Counted from the first letter of the stretch, positions 1 to 10,321 are shown. The stretch: DNA of 64,000 nt from Bacteroidota bacterium (GCA_029547265.1 JAKPPP010000195.1:795-64794); one strand, 5' to 3'. The notes: generated by a model from the sequence alone, not told the origin. Made by a program: numbers and translations.

Positions 1-16
1 AATAATCTATAAATAC

Positions 17-52
17 AAAAAAAGAGGTGACTACAAATCACCTCTTTTTTTT
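17..52. terminator. Bidirectional intrinsic terminator-like hairpin overlapping the 3' end of the DUF1456 gene
   Basis: AAAAAAAGAGGTGA (17-30) / TCACCTCTTTTTTTT (38-52) inverted repeat flanked by A and T tracts. Confidence 0.75.
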
Positions 53-285
53 GCTCCTGATTCAGGCTTTGGTCCTCTTTTGTAAGTAATGAGTCCGTTT
101 AAAAAATTCCTTAGCAGCTGATCGCCGCAAGGCACATAATTCGGATGATCTTCTTTACGAAACAAAGCATTCAACTCGCTCTTCGTGATTTCGAAATCAT
201 TTAATTTTAAAATCTCAATAATATCGTCGTCCCGTAACTCTAAAGCAACACGGATTTTTTTCAGAATATCGTTATTGGTCAGCAT
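31..285 (-). CDS. DUF1456 (YehS-like) family protein
   Basis: MxNNDILKKIRVAL...C.DQ.LRNFLNGLI...RG signature; TAGCTTTG promoter-like element at 312-305. Confidence 0.85.
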   Translation of the reverse strand: MLTNNDILKKIRVALELRDDDIIEILKLNDFEITKSELNALFRKEDHPNYVPCGDQLLRNFLNGLITYKRGPKPESGAKKRGDL

Positions 286-312
286 AAATAATCTTTTTCC
301 TCTGCAAAGCTA

Positions 313-804
313 TTAAAACACATCCAAAAGCAACGTTTCGCGGTTATTAAAGTTGAATTTGTCAGCCTTTTTAAGCTTTAACATCTTTTGTGCAATAGGT
401 GCTGAAGGAGAAATACTCATAATAGAAAGATCTTCGAAGTCGACTTTTCCTAAATTGATGCAAACAAATGCATTAAATGACGATGTCAACACTACAGCAC
501 CATTTTTCACAAATTCTGCCGGATCAGTATCTTTCAAACTCAATAAAAAATCACGTTCTTTTAAAGCCTCGGCTAGAACCGAAGCATTTAAATCACGGGA
601 ATTCTGACTAAGAGCCCTAGCGGTCTCATGCTTGTCGCCGGCCGAACTTTTATCCTCATTATTGGCTGAATCTTGGGCATCCTTCACAGCCTCCTCTAAC
701 ATAGCAACCCTATCATTCAAAATAGCATGGCAATGATCGATAAATCTTTGCTTAAAAACCAACTTTTCATCGGTCGATAAAGCCATCAACTCCTCTCTAT
801 TCAT
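313..804 (-). CDS. GreA/GreB-like protein (Bacteroidota KSSAGDKHET family)
   Basis: N-terminal coiled coil with KSSAGDKHET tip and C-terminal IS..API motif typical of the Gre-factor C-domain. Confidence 0.65.
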   Translation of the reverse strand: MNREELMALSTDEKLVFKQRFIDHCHAILNDRVAMLEEAVKDAQDSANNEDKSSAGDKHETARALSQNSRDLNASVLAEALKERDFLLSLKDTDPAEFVKNGAVVLTSSFNAFVCINLGKVDFEDLSIMSISPSAPIAQKMLKLKKADKFNFNNRETLLLDVF

Positions 805-930
805 AGCGCGAAAATAGCCACAAATCCGAATTCGTAAGGAAGCAGGGTCAAATTAAGTCATTAAAAAAACTTTTCTCTCGTACTGTTGTTAAAACATTTT
901 GTTTTATATTTGATAAGCCAAATCAACACA

Positions 931-2268
931 ATGAAAAAAATTTTACTCTCCGTTTCAATCTTGCTAACAGTAAGTTTCGCGTTTGCCCAAACGGCAAATA
1001 CGATCTATGGAATAGCTCGTCAGAATTATTATTCGTATGTTGTTAATCCTTTTGATTCTTCAATTATCTCTCAGGTCTACGATTCAACTTCTATTCGATT
1101 AGGGTTATATAATACCATTACAGGTGTAGTTACTCCTGCCAGTGTAACCGGATTTAACGATGCAATTAATCTCACAGGAGCAGCACTAAATCCTTACGAC
1201 AATACCTATATTTTCATTGGTGCATCAAAAATGAATACACTTGATTTGAGTACCGGACAATTAATTAATCAAGCCACATTAAGTAATCCGAAGGGTGCAA
1301 GTTACTTCGACAATTTCCGCTTCTGTAATTCAGATAGTACTATGTACGGACTTGCCAGAAGAAATTATTTCGATTCAACCTTAATGATGACAGTGGGTTC
1401 TCTTTATTTAGCAAAAGCAAATACGAATACAGGAGTTATTACAGAAATCTCGCCTTTATCAGTAGGACAAGGATTTGCCTTAGCAGGAAGTGCAATTGAT
1501 CCATATCAAATGGTGTATTACTATTCAACAGGATCACATTTGGTGGGATTAGATATGTACAACGGAAGTATTTACAGCAATGCTCCTATTGGAACTGTTA
1601 CAAACCAATATTTCGACAACTTCACTTACAGTTGCGCCGACACAGCATTATACGGTTTAGTTAGAACAAACTACTTCAGCAATTCACCTAATCCTTGGAC
1701 CCCTTCTACCCTCGACTCATGCACTATTCGATTAGGCAAAATTGATCCTATAACTGGTATAGTGACCATTATTTCACAATCCCCGGTTTCTTATGGTGGA
1801 TATACTTTAAATGGAGGTGCGGCTATTGATCCTTTTACCATGATATACTATTACAGCGACGGAATAAATATGATAGGTGTTTCAATGGTAACGGGATTAG
1901 TAATAAGTACCCTTCCTTTTATATTCAATGGACCGCAATACTTTGACATGTTTAGAAACTTCGACAATTGCAAAGAAGCAGTTGCTATTCGATCGAATAC
2001 GTCAACATCGGTTGCAGAAAACAACATCCCTGAAAACAGCATTCGCATCTACCCTAACCCTGCGAAATCAGAAATACAATTAAGTAGCAAATTGAAATTA
2101 AATTCAGCAGCTATATTTGATATTACAGGGAAACTTCAGTCTGATTTCACTTTATTGTACAACGAAAAATCAACAATAAACATCAGCAATTTATCAGCGG
2201 GAATTTATCTGATTAAAGTAATAGCAAACGATAATTCAACTTACACTCAAAAGCTGATTGTAGAGTAG
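931..2268 (+). CDS. Secreted repeat (probable beta-propeller) protein with T9SS type A C-terminal sorting domain
   Basis: Signal peptide MKKILL..AFA from ATG 931 (TATATTTG at 905-912 argues against the 886 start); three internal repeats; C-terminal IYPNPA...LSAGIYLIK...QKLIVE. Confidence 0.8.
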   Translation: MKKILLSVSILLTVSFAFAQTANTIYGIARQNYYSYVVNPFDSSIISQVYDSTSIRLGLYNTITGVVTPASVTGFNDAINLTGAALNPYDNTYIFIGASKMNTLDLSTGQLINQATLSNPKGASYFDNFRFCNSDSTMYGLARRNYFDSTLMMTVGSLYLAKANTNTGVITEISPLSVGQGFALAGSAIDPYQMVYYYSTGSHLVGLDMYNGSIYSNAPIGTVTNQYFDNFTYSCADTALYGLVRTNYFSNSPNPWTPSTLDSCTIRLGKIDPITGIVTIISQSPVSYGGYTLNGGAAIDPFTMIYYYSDGINMIGVSMVTGLVISTLPFIFNGPQYFDMFRNFDNCKEAVAIRSNTSTSVAENNIPENSIRIYPNPAKSEIQLSSKLKLNSAAIFDITGKLQSDFTLLYNEKSTINISNLSAGIYLIKVIANDNSTYTQKLIVE

Positions 2269-2272
2269 AAAA

Positions 2273-2878
2273 TCAGAATAACGCCAGTTGTTGTTCTTTC
2301 AACTGAAAGCTCTTACGATGGTGTGGAGTTAATCCGTATTTATGGATTGCCTGCACATGTACTTCCGTACCATAAGCTTTATTTCGATCCCATGCATATT
2401 GAGGAAATTCACTGTGCAGCTTTTTCATGAGCTCATCACGATGAGTCTTTGCCAGCACCGATGCAGCAGCAATCGAAAGATACTTTCCGTCACCTTTAAC
2501 GATGGTCACATGATCGATTCCTGCATAACGCTTAAAGCGATTTCCATCAATCAACAATAACTCGGGTTCAACCTTTAGTCCGGCGATTGCAGTATGCATT
2601 GCCTTATAAGTTGCATTTAAAATATTGATGCGGTCAATTTCCTCTGGACTAATCATTGCCACCGACCACGACAAAGCATCTTGTTCGATAAGCGTTCTCA
2701 AACGGTCACGCATCGACTCAGGTAATTGCTTCGAATCATTCAATGCCTCATACCAATCGAGCTTCTTACCAACAGGCAAAATAACTGCAGCAGCTACTAC
2801 GGGGCCGGCTAAACAACCTCGTCCCGCTTCGTCGATACCGGCCTCTAAAACCCTGTTATTATAATGAAGATTGAGCAT
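2273..2878 (-). CDS. rnhB: Ribonuclease HII
   Basis: GIDEAGRGCLAGPVVAAAV, LNDSK, IDGN, VKGD, SIAAASVLAK, HRKSF motifs. Confidence 0.97.
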   Translation of the reverse strand: MLNLHYNNRVLEAGIDEAGRGCLAGPVVAAAVILPVGKKLDWYEALNDSKQLPESMRDRLRTLIEQDALSWSVAMISPEEIDRINILNATYKAMHTAIAGLKVEPELLLIDGNRFKRYAGIDHVTIVKGDGKYLSIAAASVLAKTHRDELMKKLHSEFPQYAWDRNKAYGTEVHVQAIHKYGLTPHHRKSFQLKEQQLALF

Positions 2879-2940
2879 TTGCCATCGATTTCCTACAAAT
2901 TCTCCTCTAAATTGATGTATTTTTGCGCCCGAATCAAGTG

Positions 2941-4386
2941 ATGCAGAAAAAATTTATCACCAACCTGGCATTTTTGCTACTGTTGAACCTGCTTATCAAG
3001 CCCTTTTGGCTTTTGGGCATCGACCGTGCGGTACAAAATACTGTAGGTGCCGAGTCGTACGGTTTATATTCTGCCCTCTTCAACTTCAGCTTTTTGTTCA
3101 ATATTTTGTTGGATATTGGAATCACGAACTTCAATAACCGCAACATTGCTCAACATAACCACTTGCTTCAGAAGCACTTAAGTGGAATCATAATGCTTCG
3201 CTTGGTATTGGCGGGAGTATATGCAATAGTGAGCCTAGGCGTTGCCTTGATACTCGGATATAAAGGATCTCAACTATGGATGTTAGGCATCTTATTATTG
3301 AATCAAGGCCTCATTTCCTTTATTCTTTATCTCCGTTCGAATATTGCCGGCCTCCACTTATTCCGTATCGACAGTATGATTTCGGTCCTCGACAGAGCTA
3401 TAATGATCATCATCTGTTCGATTTTATTATGGGGCAATTGCACCGAGGGACAATTCAGGATTGAGTGGTTTGTATGGGCTCAGACTTTTGCGTACCTAAT
3501 AACGATATTGGTTACCTTCCTAATTGTAAGTAGCAAGGCGAAACTCAACCGACTACAATGGAATCCGAAGTTCTTCTTGATCATTCTAAAGCAGAGTTAT
3601 CCCTTTGCGATATTGATTTTGTTGATGACATTCTATAACCGAATTGACTCGGTAATGCTTGAACGACTATTACCCAATGGAGCCGAGCAAGCAGGTATCT
3701 ACGCACAAAGCTATCGACTGTTAGATGCATCCAATATGATCGCCTACCTCTTCAGCGGGTTATTGTTACCAATGTTTTCGCAAATGATAAAAAAGAAGCA
3801 GCCATTGGAGGAATTGGTTGAATTATCTTTCTCCTTTATCGCAATTCCTGCTATCACAGTAATATCATTCTGTTTCTTCTTCAGCCAAGATATAATGGGC
3901 TTATTGTATCATGCACATGTAGTAGAATCGGCAGCAGTATTCAGACTCATTATGAGCTGTTTTTTAGCAATTAGCTCTGTTTATATTTTCGGGACGTTAT
4001 TAACCGCGAACGGAAATCTTAAATACTTGAATTTAGTAGCTATGTCGGGAATGATTATGAACATAGCACTCAACCTTATATTGATTCCTAAAATGCAATC
4101 GTTGGGAGCGGCTACTGCCAGTATGACTACCCAATTCATTACTGCAGGATTACAGATCTGGTTAGCGCACCGAGTATTTCACTTTAAATTCCAATGGAAT
4201 TTAGGATTACGCTACTTATTATTCATCGGATTGAGCTTTGGAATCTTCTATTTCCTGCATTCAACAGAAGGACATTGGATGATGAAAGGAATGCTGGGAG
4301 TAGCAGCTTGCTTCATGATATCGCTTCTTTTGTACTTGATCAGACCTCGAGAATTGGTAAAACTGATCAAGTCAGAAAAAGCATAA
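2941..4386 (+). CDS. Polysaccharide flippase (Wzx/MATE-like, polysaccharide biosynthesis C-terminal domain)
   Basis: Many TM helices, RIDSVML motif; lies upstream of wzz-like and ligase genes; TATTTTTG at 2918-2925 supports ATG 2941. Confidence 0.85.
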   Translation: MQKKFITNLAFLLLLNLLIKPFWLLGIDRAVQNTVGAESYGLYSALFNFSFLFNILLDIGITNFNNRNIAQHNHLLQKHLSGIIMLRLVLAGVYAIVSLGVALILGYKGSQLWMLGILLLNQGLISFILYLRSNIAGLHLFRIDSMISVLDRAIMIIICSILLWGNCTEGQFRIEWFVWAQTFAYLITILVTFLIVSSKAKLNRLQWNPKFFLIILKQSYPFAILILLMTFYNRIDSVMLERLLPNGAEQAGIYAQSYRLLDASNMIAYLFSGLLLPMFSQMIKKKQPLEELVELSFSFIAIPAITVISFCFFFSQDIMGLLYHAHVVESAAVFRLIMSCFLAISSVYIFGTLLTANGNLKYLNLVAMSGMIMNIALNLILIPKMQSLGAATASMTTQFITAGLQIWLAHRVFHFKFQWNLGLRYLLFIGLSFGIFYFLHSTEGHWMMKGMLGVAACFMISLLLYLIRPRELVKLIKSEKA

Positions 4387-4540
4387 CATTCATTTTCAGC
4401 TATTTATATCAATAAAGACAGATTTTCATCTTACGTCTTCAAGTCTTCATTTTCAATAAAATCTATTTTGCATTGTGGACAAGGAATGCAGCCTCTTTTA
4501 CGTTATTTTTGCCGACCCTTAATATGTAATCTACAGTACC

Positions 4541-5518
4541 ATGAACAAGGCGGCTACAGAAACCGATCAGTTGAATACCATTAAATTACTACGAATCTTG
4601 AAGAAGTGGAAAAAGCAACTGCTTCAGATATTCGTTGCCTCAGCGATAGCGGGCTTTATAATTACGCTTCCATTCATTATGAAGCCGATGTATAAATCGT
4701 CGGCCGTATTGTATCCTGCCAATTTATCACCGTATTCGAAAGAAACTCCTACGGAACAAATGGTACAGCTATTAAGCTCGGAAGATGTGCGTGATAGCCT
4801 AGTAAAAACCTTTCATCTTTATAAGCACTATGGTATTGACTCGGTAAACGGTTATCCTTGGTACGAAATGATGAAACGCATGGATGACAACATCAGCGTA
4901 GGAAAAAATCAATATGAAGCTATTGAAGTAGCAGTGTTCGATGAAGATCCTAAAATGGCTCAACAGCTTTGTGCGGGTTTAATTCACTTCATGGATCAAA
5001 AAGCAAAATCATTAATTCACATTCGTGCTTTAGAAGCAGCAAGCGTAAATAAAGTAATGATGGATCATGAGAAACTTATCTTGGATTCATTAGATGAGCA
5101 AATGACAACTATTCGTAAAGAATATGGCATTACCGATTTCGAACAACAAGTTGGAAGTTTTGCTCGTGAATATTATAGAGTAATGGCAGGAGGCGGAGCT
5201 AATGCGAAGATGGCTACTATGCAAAAAAACTTCGAAGAAAAAGGAGCTGAATATATGTTCTTGAAAGAAACACTTTGGAGAGTTCGAGGAACGTATAACG
5301 ACTATCGTAAGAATTACGAGACTGCAATAAATGATGCACAAAAAGATCTTGATTTCCACAATACGGTTTCTCCTCCACTAGTACCGGAGAAAAAAGATTC
5401 ACCTAAGCGTGCGTTGATAATGATTATGTTTTCTTTATCAGTAATGTTAGTAGCTGTTATCGTAATTGTTTATCAAGAGCAATATCGCGACCGACTTTTA
5501 CAACAACTAGAAGCGTAA
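4541..5518 (+). CDS. Wzz-like chain-length determinant / polysaccharide co-polymerase
   Basis: N-terminal TM with P.YKSSA, periplasmic coiled coil, C-terminal PEKKDSPKR followed by a TM helix. Confidence 0.8.
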   Translation: MNKAATETDQLNTIKLLRILKKWKKQLLQIFVASAIAGFIITLPFIMKPMYKSSAVLYPANLSPYSKETPTEQMVQLLSSEDVRDSLVKTFHLYKHYGIDSVNGYPWYEMMKRMDDNISVGKNQYEAIEVAVFDEDPKMAQQLCAGLIHFMDQKAKSLIHIRALEAASVNKVMMDHEKLILDSLDEQMTTIRKEYGITDFEQQVGSFAREYYRVMAGGGANAKMATMQKNFEEKGAEYMFLKETLWRVRGTYNDYRKNYETAINDAQKDLDFHNTVSPPLVPEKKDSPKRALIMIMFSLSVMLVAVIVIVYQEQYRDRLLQQLEA

Positions 5519-5525
5519 AAAAACG

Positions 5526-7001
5526 GTGCAGCCGATTAAATCATCTTTCTATCAACTCGACAAAAATCAGGTTCGCTGGTTTTATGCGATTACAGTACTT
5601 ATATGTTCTGTGATTGCTTACGGATTGATTAAAGGATATTTATTTTCAGTCGGACTCCCCTTTGCACTTATCCTACTTCTCATGACGATATTTCGTCTTG
5701 ATTTAGTAGTTTATCTTTCAGTATTCGTAACTCCTTTTTCTATCAACCTTGCTAAAACGAGTATTGGCATTGGCGTAAGTTTACCGAGTGAACCAATTAT
5801 GTTTGGATTGTTTTTAGTCTTCTGGTTAAAGATTTTATCGGAAGGTGGATTAGACAAACGCATCACCAATCATCCTGTAACATGGATGATATTCTTCCAT
5901 TTGTTTTGGTACTCGATAACTACAGCAACGAGCTCAATGCCGATGGTATCTTTTAAATCGACGTTAGCTAGATTCTGCTACATATCGGTTTTCTATTTCA
6001 TGGTATTGTATTTATTCTCGCATTACAAGAACATTAAGAAATTCTTGTGGCTCTATATGATTCCTTTAGGTATAGTTTGTTTGATTACTATGGCTAATCA
6101 AGCAGCCGCAGGATTCACCGAGAAAAACGCACATATCGCAATGGTTCCGTTTTACAACGACCATACAGCTTATGCAGCAGTAATTGCATTCTTTATTCCT
6201 CTGTTAATCGCATTAATTGTTAATCCCGAAGAGACCAAGAAGGCAAGAACCAATGCAATATTAATGTTCGTGTTATTAGTAACTGCCATTGTACTTTCTT
6301 ATACGCGAGCGGCATGGGTAGCATTAGCGGGAGGATTAGCTTGTTATTTGGTTTACGTATTTCGCATTAAAGATTGGATGGTTTACACCGGAATTGCGTT
6401 AGTAGTAATTACCTATGCGTTATTTCATGTGCAAATCACCATGTACCTTGAAAGAAACGACAAAACATCATCTACCGATTTTTCAGCGCACGTACAATCG
6501 ATTGGTAATATCTCAACCGACGATTCAAATATTGAACGACTAAACAGATGGTCGTGTGCATTGCGGATGTTTAAAGACAAACCTATTTTCGGATATGGTC
6601 CTGGGACATACATGTTCCAATACGGACGCTATCAAAAATACTCTGAACGCTCGGGCATCAGTACCAACTTTGCTGAAGGAGGAGGTTCGCATAGCGAATA
6701 CTTAGGTCCATTATCGGAGCAAGGAATTTTAGGACCAATCACTTTTATTCTCATAGCCGCAGTCGTTATACAACGATCAGCAAAATTCTTGCGTCGCTGC
6801 AACGATAAAAGCACAAGAGGATTAGTAAAGGGACTATTAATGGGATTAGTAACCTATTGGATTCACGGAGGATTAAACTACTTCCTTGATACCGAAAAAG
6901 CGGCTGTACCTTTTTGGGGATTCATTGCTGCGTTAGTAGCTTTAGAAATCTACTACGACGACCATACGGCACAAAAGTTAAGCGAGCGATCGGCAGCTTA
7001 A
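5526..7001 (+). CDS. O-antigen ligase / Wzy_C family membrane protein
   Basis: Multi-TM; SYTRAAW, R..RW..A..M..KPIFGYGPG and HSEY motifs. Confidence 0.85.
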   Translation: MQPIKSSFYQLDKNQVRWFYAITVLICSVIAYGLIKGYLFSVGLPFALILLLMTIFRLDLVVYLSVFVTPFSINLAKTSIGIGVSLPSEPIMFGLFLVFWLKILSEGGLDKRITNHPVTWMIFFHLFWYSITTATSSMPMVSFKSTLARFCYISVFYFMVLYLFSHYKNIKKFLWLYMIPLGIVCLITMANQAAAGFTEKNAHIAMVPFYNDHTAYAAVIAFFIPLLIALIVNPEETKKARTNAILMFVLLVTAIVLSYTRAAWVALAGGLACYLVYVFRIKDWMVYTGIALVVITYALFHVQITMYLERNDKTSSTDFSAHVQSIGNISTDDSNIERLNRWSCALRMFKDKPIFGYGPGTYMFQYGRYQKYSERSGISTNFAEGGGSHSEYLGPLSEQGILGPITFILIAAVVIQRSAKFLRRCNDKSTRGLVKGLLMGLVTYWIHGGLNYFLDTEKAAVPFWGFIAALVALEIYYDDHTAQKLSERSAA

Positions 7002-8213
7002 CAAGGTAACATCATCGATTGCTTCGGTGTTGTTTTTGAATTTCGTAAAGGATTCAATTATTCTATAATGCAAATCTTTCATCGTAAAAGCATCGGCATT
7101 TTCTTTAATTAAATCCATCAAAATTTCCATTCCGAAAATATCACCTTTTTCATTTTCTTGCTCCACTACTCCATCGGTATAGCAAAACAATGTTGAGCCG
7201 GGTTTTAGATGTACCATTCCCTCGTGGATAAATGGTAATTCTTCAAACATGCCTAGTCCTGTTGTTCCTTTATCGAGTAAAACAAATTCGCCATCGGCAT
7301 AAATGAACGGAGGATTATGTCCCGCGTTGATGTATTTAACAATATGCGTTTGGGTATTTAACACCGCAATAAAAACGGTTATAAACTTCTCGCCTTTCGC
7401 CGATTTATTTACACTACTATTTAAATCGTGAATCAGAGCTTTTAACGAATTCGAATAAAGAGCCTTTGCATTTAAGTTGGCTTGAAAATTCGACATCAAC
7501 AAAGCCGCTGAAATTCCTTTTCCTGAAACATCAGCAAGACAAATCATCAGTTCATGCTCATTCAATTCGATATAATCGTAGTAATCTCCTCCTACTAATT
7601 CGTGGGGAAGATATGTCGCTGCTAAATCGATTTTCTTATTCGAAGGAAGATGAGCAGGGAACAACATGTTTTGCATGCGTGCCGCTAGTTCTAACTCCTT
7701 CTCCATTTGAGCTTGTCGGATAGTATCACGTGTCAATCGCTTATTCTCGATTGCAACAACAATAATATTGGTAATGGTATGAATGAAAGGTAAAACTTCT
7801 TTTAACCCCGTAATCTCTTCATGCTCGGTGCCACCGATAAATGCATAAGCAAGGGCTTGGTTATTATGAAATACGGGAATAATACTTTCGAATCCGTGCA
7901 CCCAATCCGGCATTGCCACATTATTGAGTTGCATCTGACTGATTTCATTCAGTCGTTCTTCTACTTGATCAACATGAAAATCTTCATCGAGTCCGTACGA
8001 CAGCATTTTATGCCATGTCTGCTCATGAATAAACAACAATAATTTTTTAACCTTCAGCTGATCACGCATTACGGTCTCGTAAATTTCAAAAAGCTGAGCC
8101 GCCGGCAAATTATAATTAATTGCCTTGGTAATCTGCAAGAGCCAATGCAATTGCAGTTTTTTAACGTTCAATTCTGAATGCGATCCCAATGCCGGTTCTT
8201 TTACCAAGGTCAT
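6978..8213 (-). CDS. PP2C-family (SpoIIE/RsbU-like) Ser/Thr phosphatase
   Basis: ELELAARMQ, VGGDYYD, ADVSGKG, NAGHNPP, YTDGV.E, DDVTL motifs. Confidence 0.9.
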   Translation of the reverse strand: MTLVKEPALGSHSELNVKKLQLHWLLQITKAINYNLPAAQLFEIYETVMRDQLKVKKLLLFIHEQTWHKMLSYGLDEDFHVDQVEERLNEISQMQLNNVAMPDWVHGFESIIPVFHNNQALAYAFIGGTEHEEITGLKEVLPFIHTITNIIVVAIENKRLTRDTIRQAQMEKELELAARMQNMLFPAHLPSNKKIDLAATYLPHELVGGDYYDYIELNEHELMICLADVSGKGISAALLMSNFQANLNAKALYSNSLKALIHDLNSSVNKSAKGEKFITVFIAVLNTQTHIVKYINAGHNPPFIYADGEFVLLDKGTTGLGMFEELPFIHEGMVHLKPGSTLFCYTDGVVEQENEKGDIFGMEILMDLIKENADAFTMKDLHYRIIESFTKFKNNTEAIDDVTLLSCRSLA

Positions 8214-8254
8214 TGTACGAAACTACATACAAGATAAACCTTAGGTGAGGGTTA

Positions 8255-9181
8255 TTACTTTAACTTTTCAACAAGTTCAGGCAAGCGATTCATAAGCGCC
8301 AATTCTTTCATTTTTTCGCGAGCTTCCTTCACCGGACTACCAAAGTAAGTTCCTGTTTTAAGCGATTTAGGAACACCACTTTGTCCGAGAACAACCGTGC
8401 CTTTACTAATCGTTAAATCTTTCTGAACGCCAACTTGTCCCCAAAGAATAACCTCATCTTCGATATTCACACAACCTGCAATACCTACTTGAGCCGCGAA
8501 CAAGCAATTCTTACCGATAACAGTATCGTGACCAACATGCACATGATCATCGAGTTTAGAACCTTGTCCGATGATGGTATCTGCAGAAACACCGCGATCA
8601 ATCGTACACATTGCACCGATTTCAACATCATCGTGAATTACCACGCGACCGCATGAATGCATTTTTTCATAATGCGAAGGGCGACGTTTAAAATAGAAAG
8701 CATCGGCACCTAGTACGGCATTCGCATGAATAACCACGTTATCACCAATAACGGAATGATCGTAGATTACTACACCGCTATGGATAAGACAATTTTTCCC
8801 GATTTCAGCATTCGGACCAATAGAAACATTCGGTTGAATCACGGTACCCTGGCCAATTTTAGCAGAAGGATGAATAGCCGATGTTGAAGGCACGAAAGGC
8901 ATAAAATTTTTACAAAGCCAAACGTAATCTCTAAAAGGATCATCCGAAAAAATTAGTGCTTTGCCTGCAGGAGCTTCCACCTCTTTATTAATGATAACAA
9001 AAGTAGCGGCAGAATTCAGCGCCTTATCATAATACTTCGGATGATCAACGAAAGTAAGATCACCGGCCTCGACACGATGAATTTCGTTAATACCTGTAAC
9101 CAACATACTGCCATCGCCAATAACGCGGGCATCAACAAGAGCAGCTAATTCGCTCAGCGGATAAGATTTCTGGAGTTTCAT
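8255..9181 (-). CDS. lpxD: UDP-3-O-acylglucosamine N-acyltransferase (LpxD-like)
   Basis: LpxD N-terminal domain (GDLTFV..KY), hexapeptide repeats, TIDRG, KLDD.VHVGH; TATCTTTG at 9200-9193 supports ATG 9181; may be the second Bacteroidota LpxD paralogue. Confidence 0.8.
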   Translation of the reverse strand: MKLQKSYPLSELAALVDARVIGDGSMLVTGINEIHRVEAGDLTFVDHPKYYDKALNSAATFVIINKEVEAPAGKALIFSDDPFRDYVWLCKNFMPFVPSTSAIHPSAKIGQGTVIQPNVSIGPNAEIGKNCLIHSGVVIYDHSVIGDNVVIHANAVLGADAFYFKRRPSHYEKMHSCGRVVIHDDVEIGAMCTIDRGVSADTIIGQGSKLDDHVHVGHDTVIGKNCLFAAQVGIAGCVNIEDEVILWGQVGVQKDLTISKGTVVLGQSGVPKSLKTGTYFGSPVKEAREKMKELALMNRLPELVEKLK

Positions 9182-9294
9182 ATAAGAGAGCACAAAGATA
9201 CAAGAACCCAATCAAAATATTGCATAAAGTTAACCGCATAAAAAAAGGGAGAATGACAATTAAGCCATCCCCCCTTAACCTACCTATAAGAACT

Positions 9295-9996
9295 CTAATT
9301 GTTAACGATGATATTAGCCGATAAAGCTTGACTACCTACTCCACCTAAAAATCCGCCAGCATAAACTGTATAGATTTTACCAGCTGTTAAAGTTATCGGG
9401 TCAAGATCTAGTGCCACGGTAGAAGTACCTGCCACACGAACTTCTAAATTGTAAGTACCTGCATCTAACGGAGTGAAATCAGTTGCTTGCTTAAACGATT
9501 TATTAGCAAAAACTACTGCTCCGCCTGTTACAGCGACATCAACTGCAGGAGCATTCGGAGAAAGGTGAACGAAACGAACATGAGCTTTTCCTGCTGCTGG
9601 AGCCGTAAGATCGTCGGTTAAACGTACAGTAGATAATTTAGAAACGCTGTCAACAGCAAATAATGTGTAATTCACATTTTTAGTGAAAGGCAAATCGGCA
9701 TTAATAACCGTAGTTGATGTGCCTGCCACATTCACTTTTACGTTTCTAGTTCCTTCTGTTACAGATAAATAACCTGTAGCATCTAAGAATTCTACCGGAT
9801 CGGTATTAACCTTAGAGCCGGCTACATAAAGATCTACTCCGGGAGCATCAGGAGAAGCATGTACTACCATCATTTTTGCAGTACCTGTTGTTGGTGTAGC
9901 TGTATCATCATCATCATCCTTGCAAGATGAAAATGAAGTCATAATTACAGCAGCTGCAAGCGCTAAAGTTGAAAATTTTAAAATTGATTGTTTCAT
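9295..9996 (-). CDS. DUF4397 domain lipoprotein
   Basis: Lipobox FSSC followed by KDDDDD; two repeats VVHASPDAPGVD / FVHLSPNAPAVD. Confidence 0.88.
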   Translation of the reverse strand: MKQSILKFSTLALAAAVIMTSFSSCKDDDDDTATPTTGTAKMMVVHASPDAPGVDLYVAGSKVNTDPVEFLDATGYLSVTEGTRNVKVNVAGTSTTVINADLPFTKNVNYTLFAVDSVSKLSTVRLTDDLTAPAAGKAHVRFVHLSPNAPAVDVAVTGGAVVFANKSFKQATDFTPLDAGTYNLEVRVAGTSTVALDLDPITLTAGKIYTVYAGGFLGGVGSQALSANIIVNN

Positions 9997-10155
9997 AATG
10001 AATTGATTTGTGGGGTTTAAATTGTTTGTTTTTAGGTTTGTTTAACTTTTTACTTGAAATATTAAACAAAACTTAATCCATAAAAGTTTTCGAGTTTTGT
10101 CAAAGAAATGTCAATTCAATTTCACTGATTTGTATCAGGTGCCAAGGAAAAGCCG

Positions 10156-10163
10156 TACCTTTG
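10156..10163 (+). promoter_or_regulatory. Bacteroidota sigma70 -7 element for typA
   Basis: TACCTTTG matches TAnnTTTG; TTTG upstream at 10129-10132. Confidence 0.6.
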
Positions 10164-10321
10164 CAGTCCTAAAAGGCATGAAGTACATAGCCGTCTGAAA
10201 TTCAGCTTATTGTAATTATTGAGGATTAGTCAATAAGCGATAAAAGAATAGCAAACCGGCAAAAACTTCGAGTTTTAGGGAATAAAACAATAAAAAATCA
10301 ATACTGCATCGCAGATCGCCC

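Noticed and set aside
313..804. 3-oxoacyl-ACP synthase (a label I recall being attached to this family)
   Set aside because: It is too short and has no thiolase-fold motifs; the pattern is Gre-factor-like.
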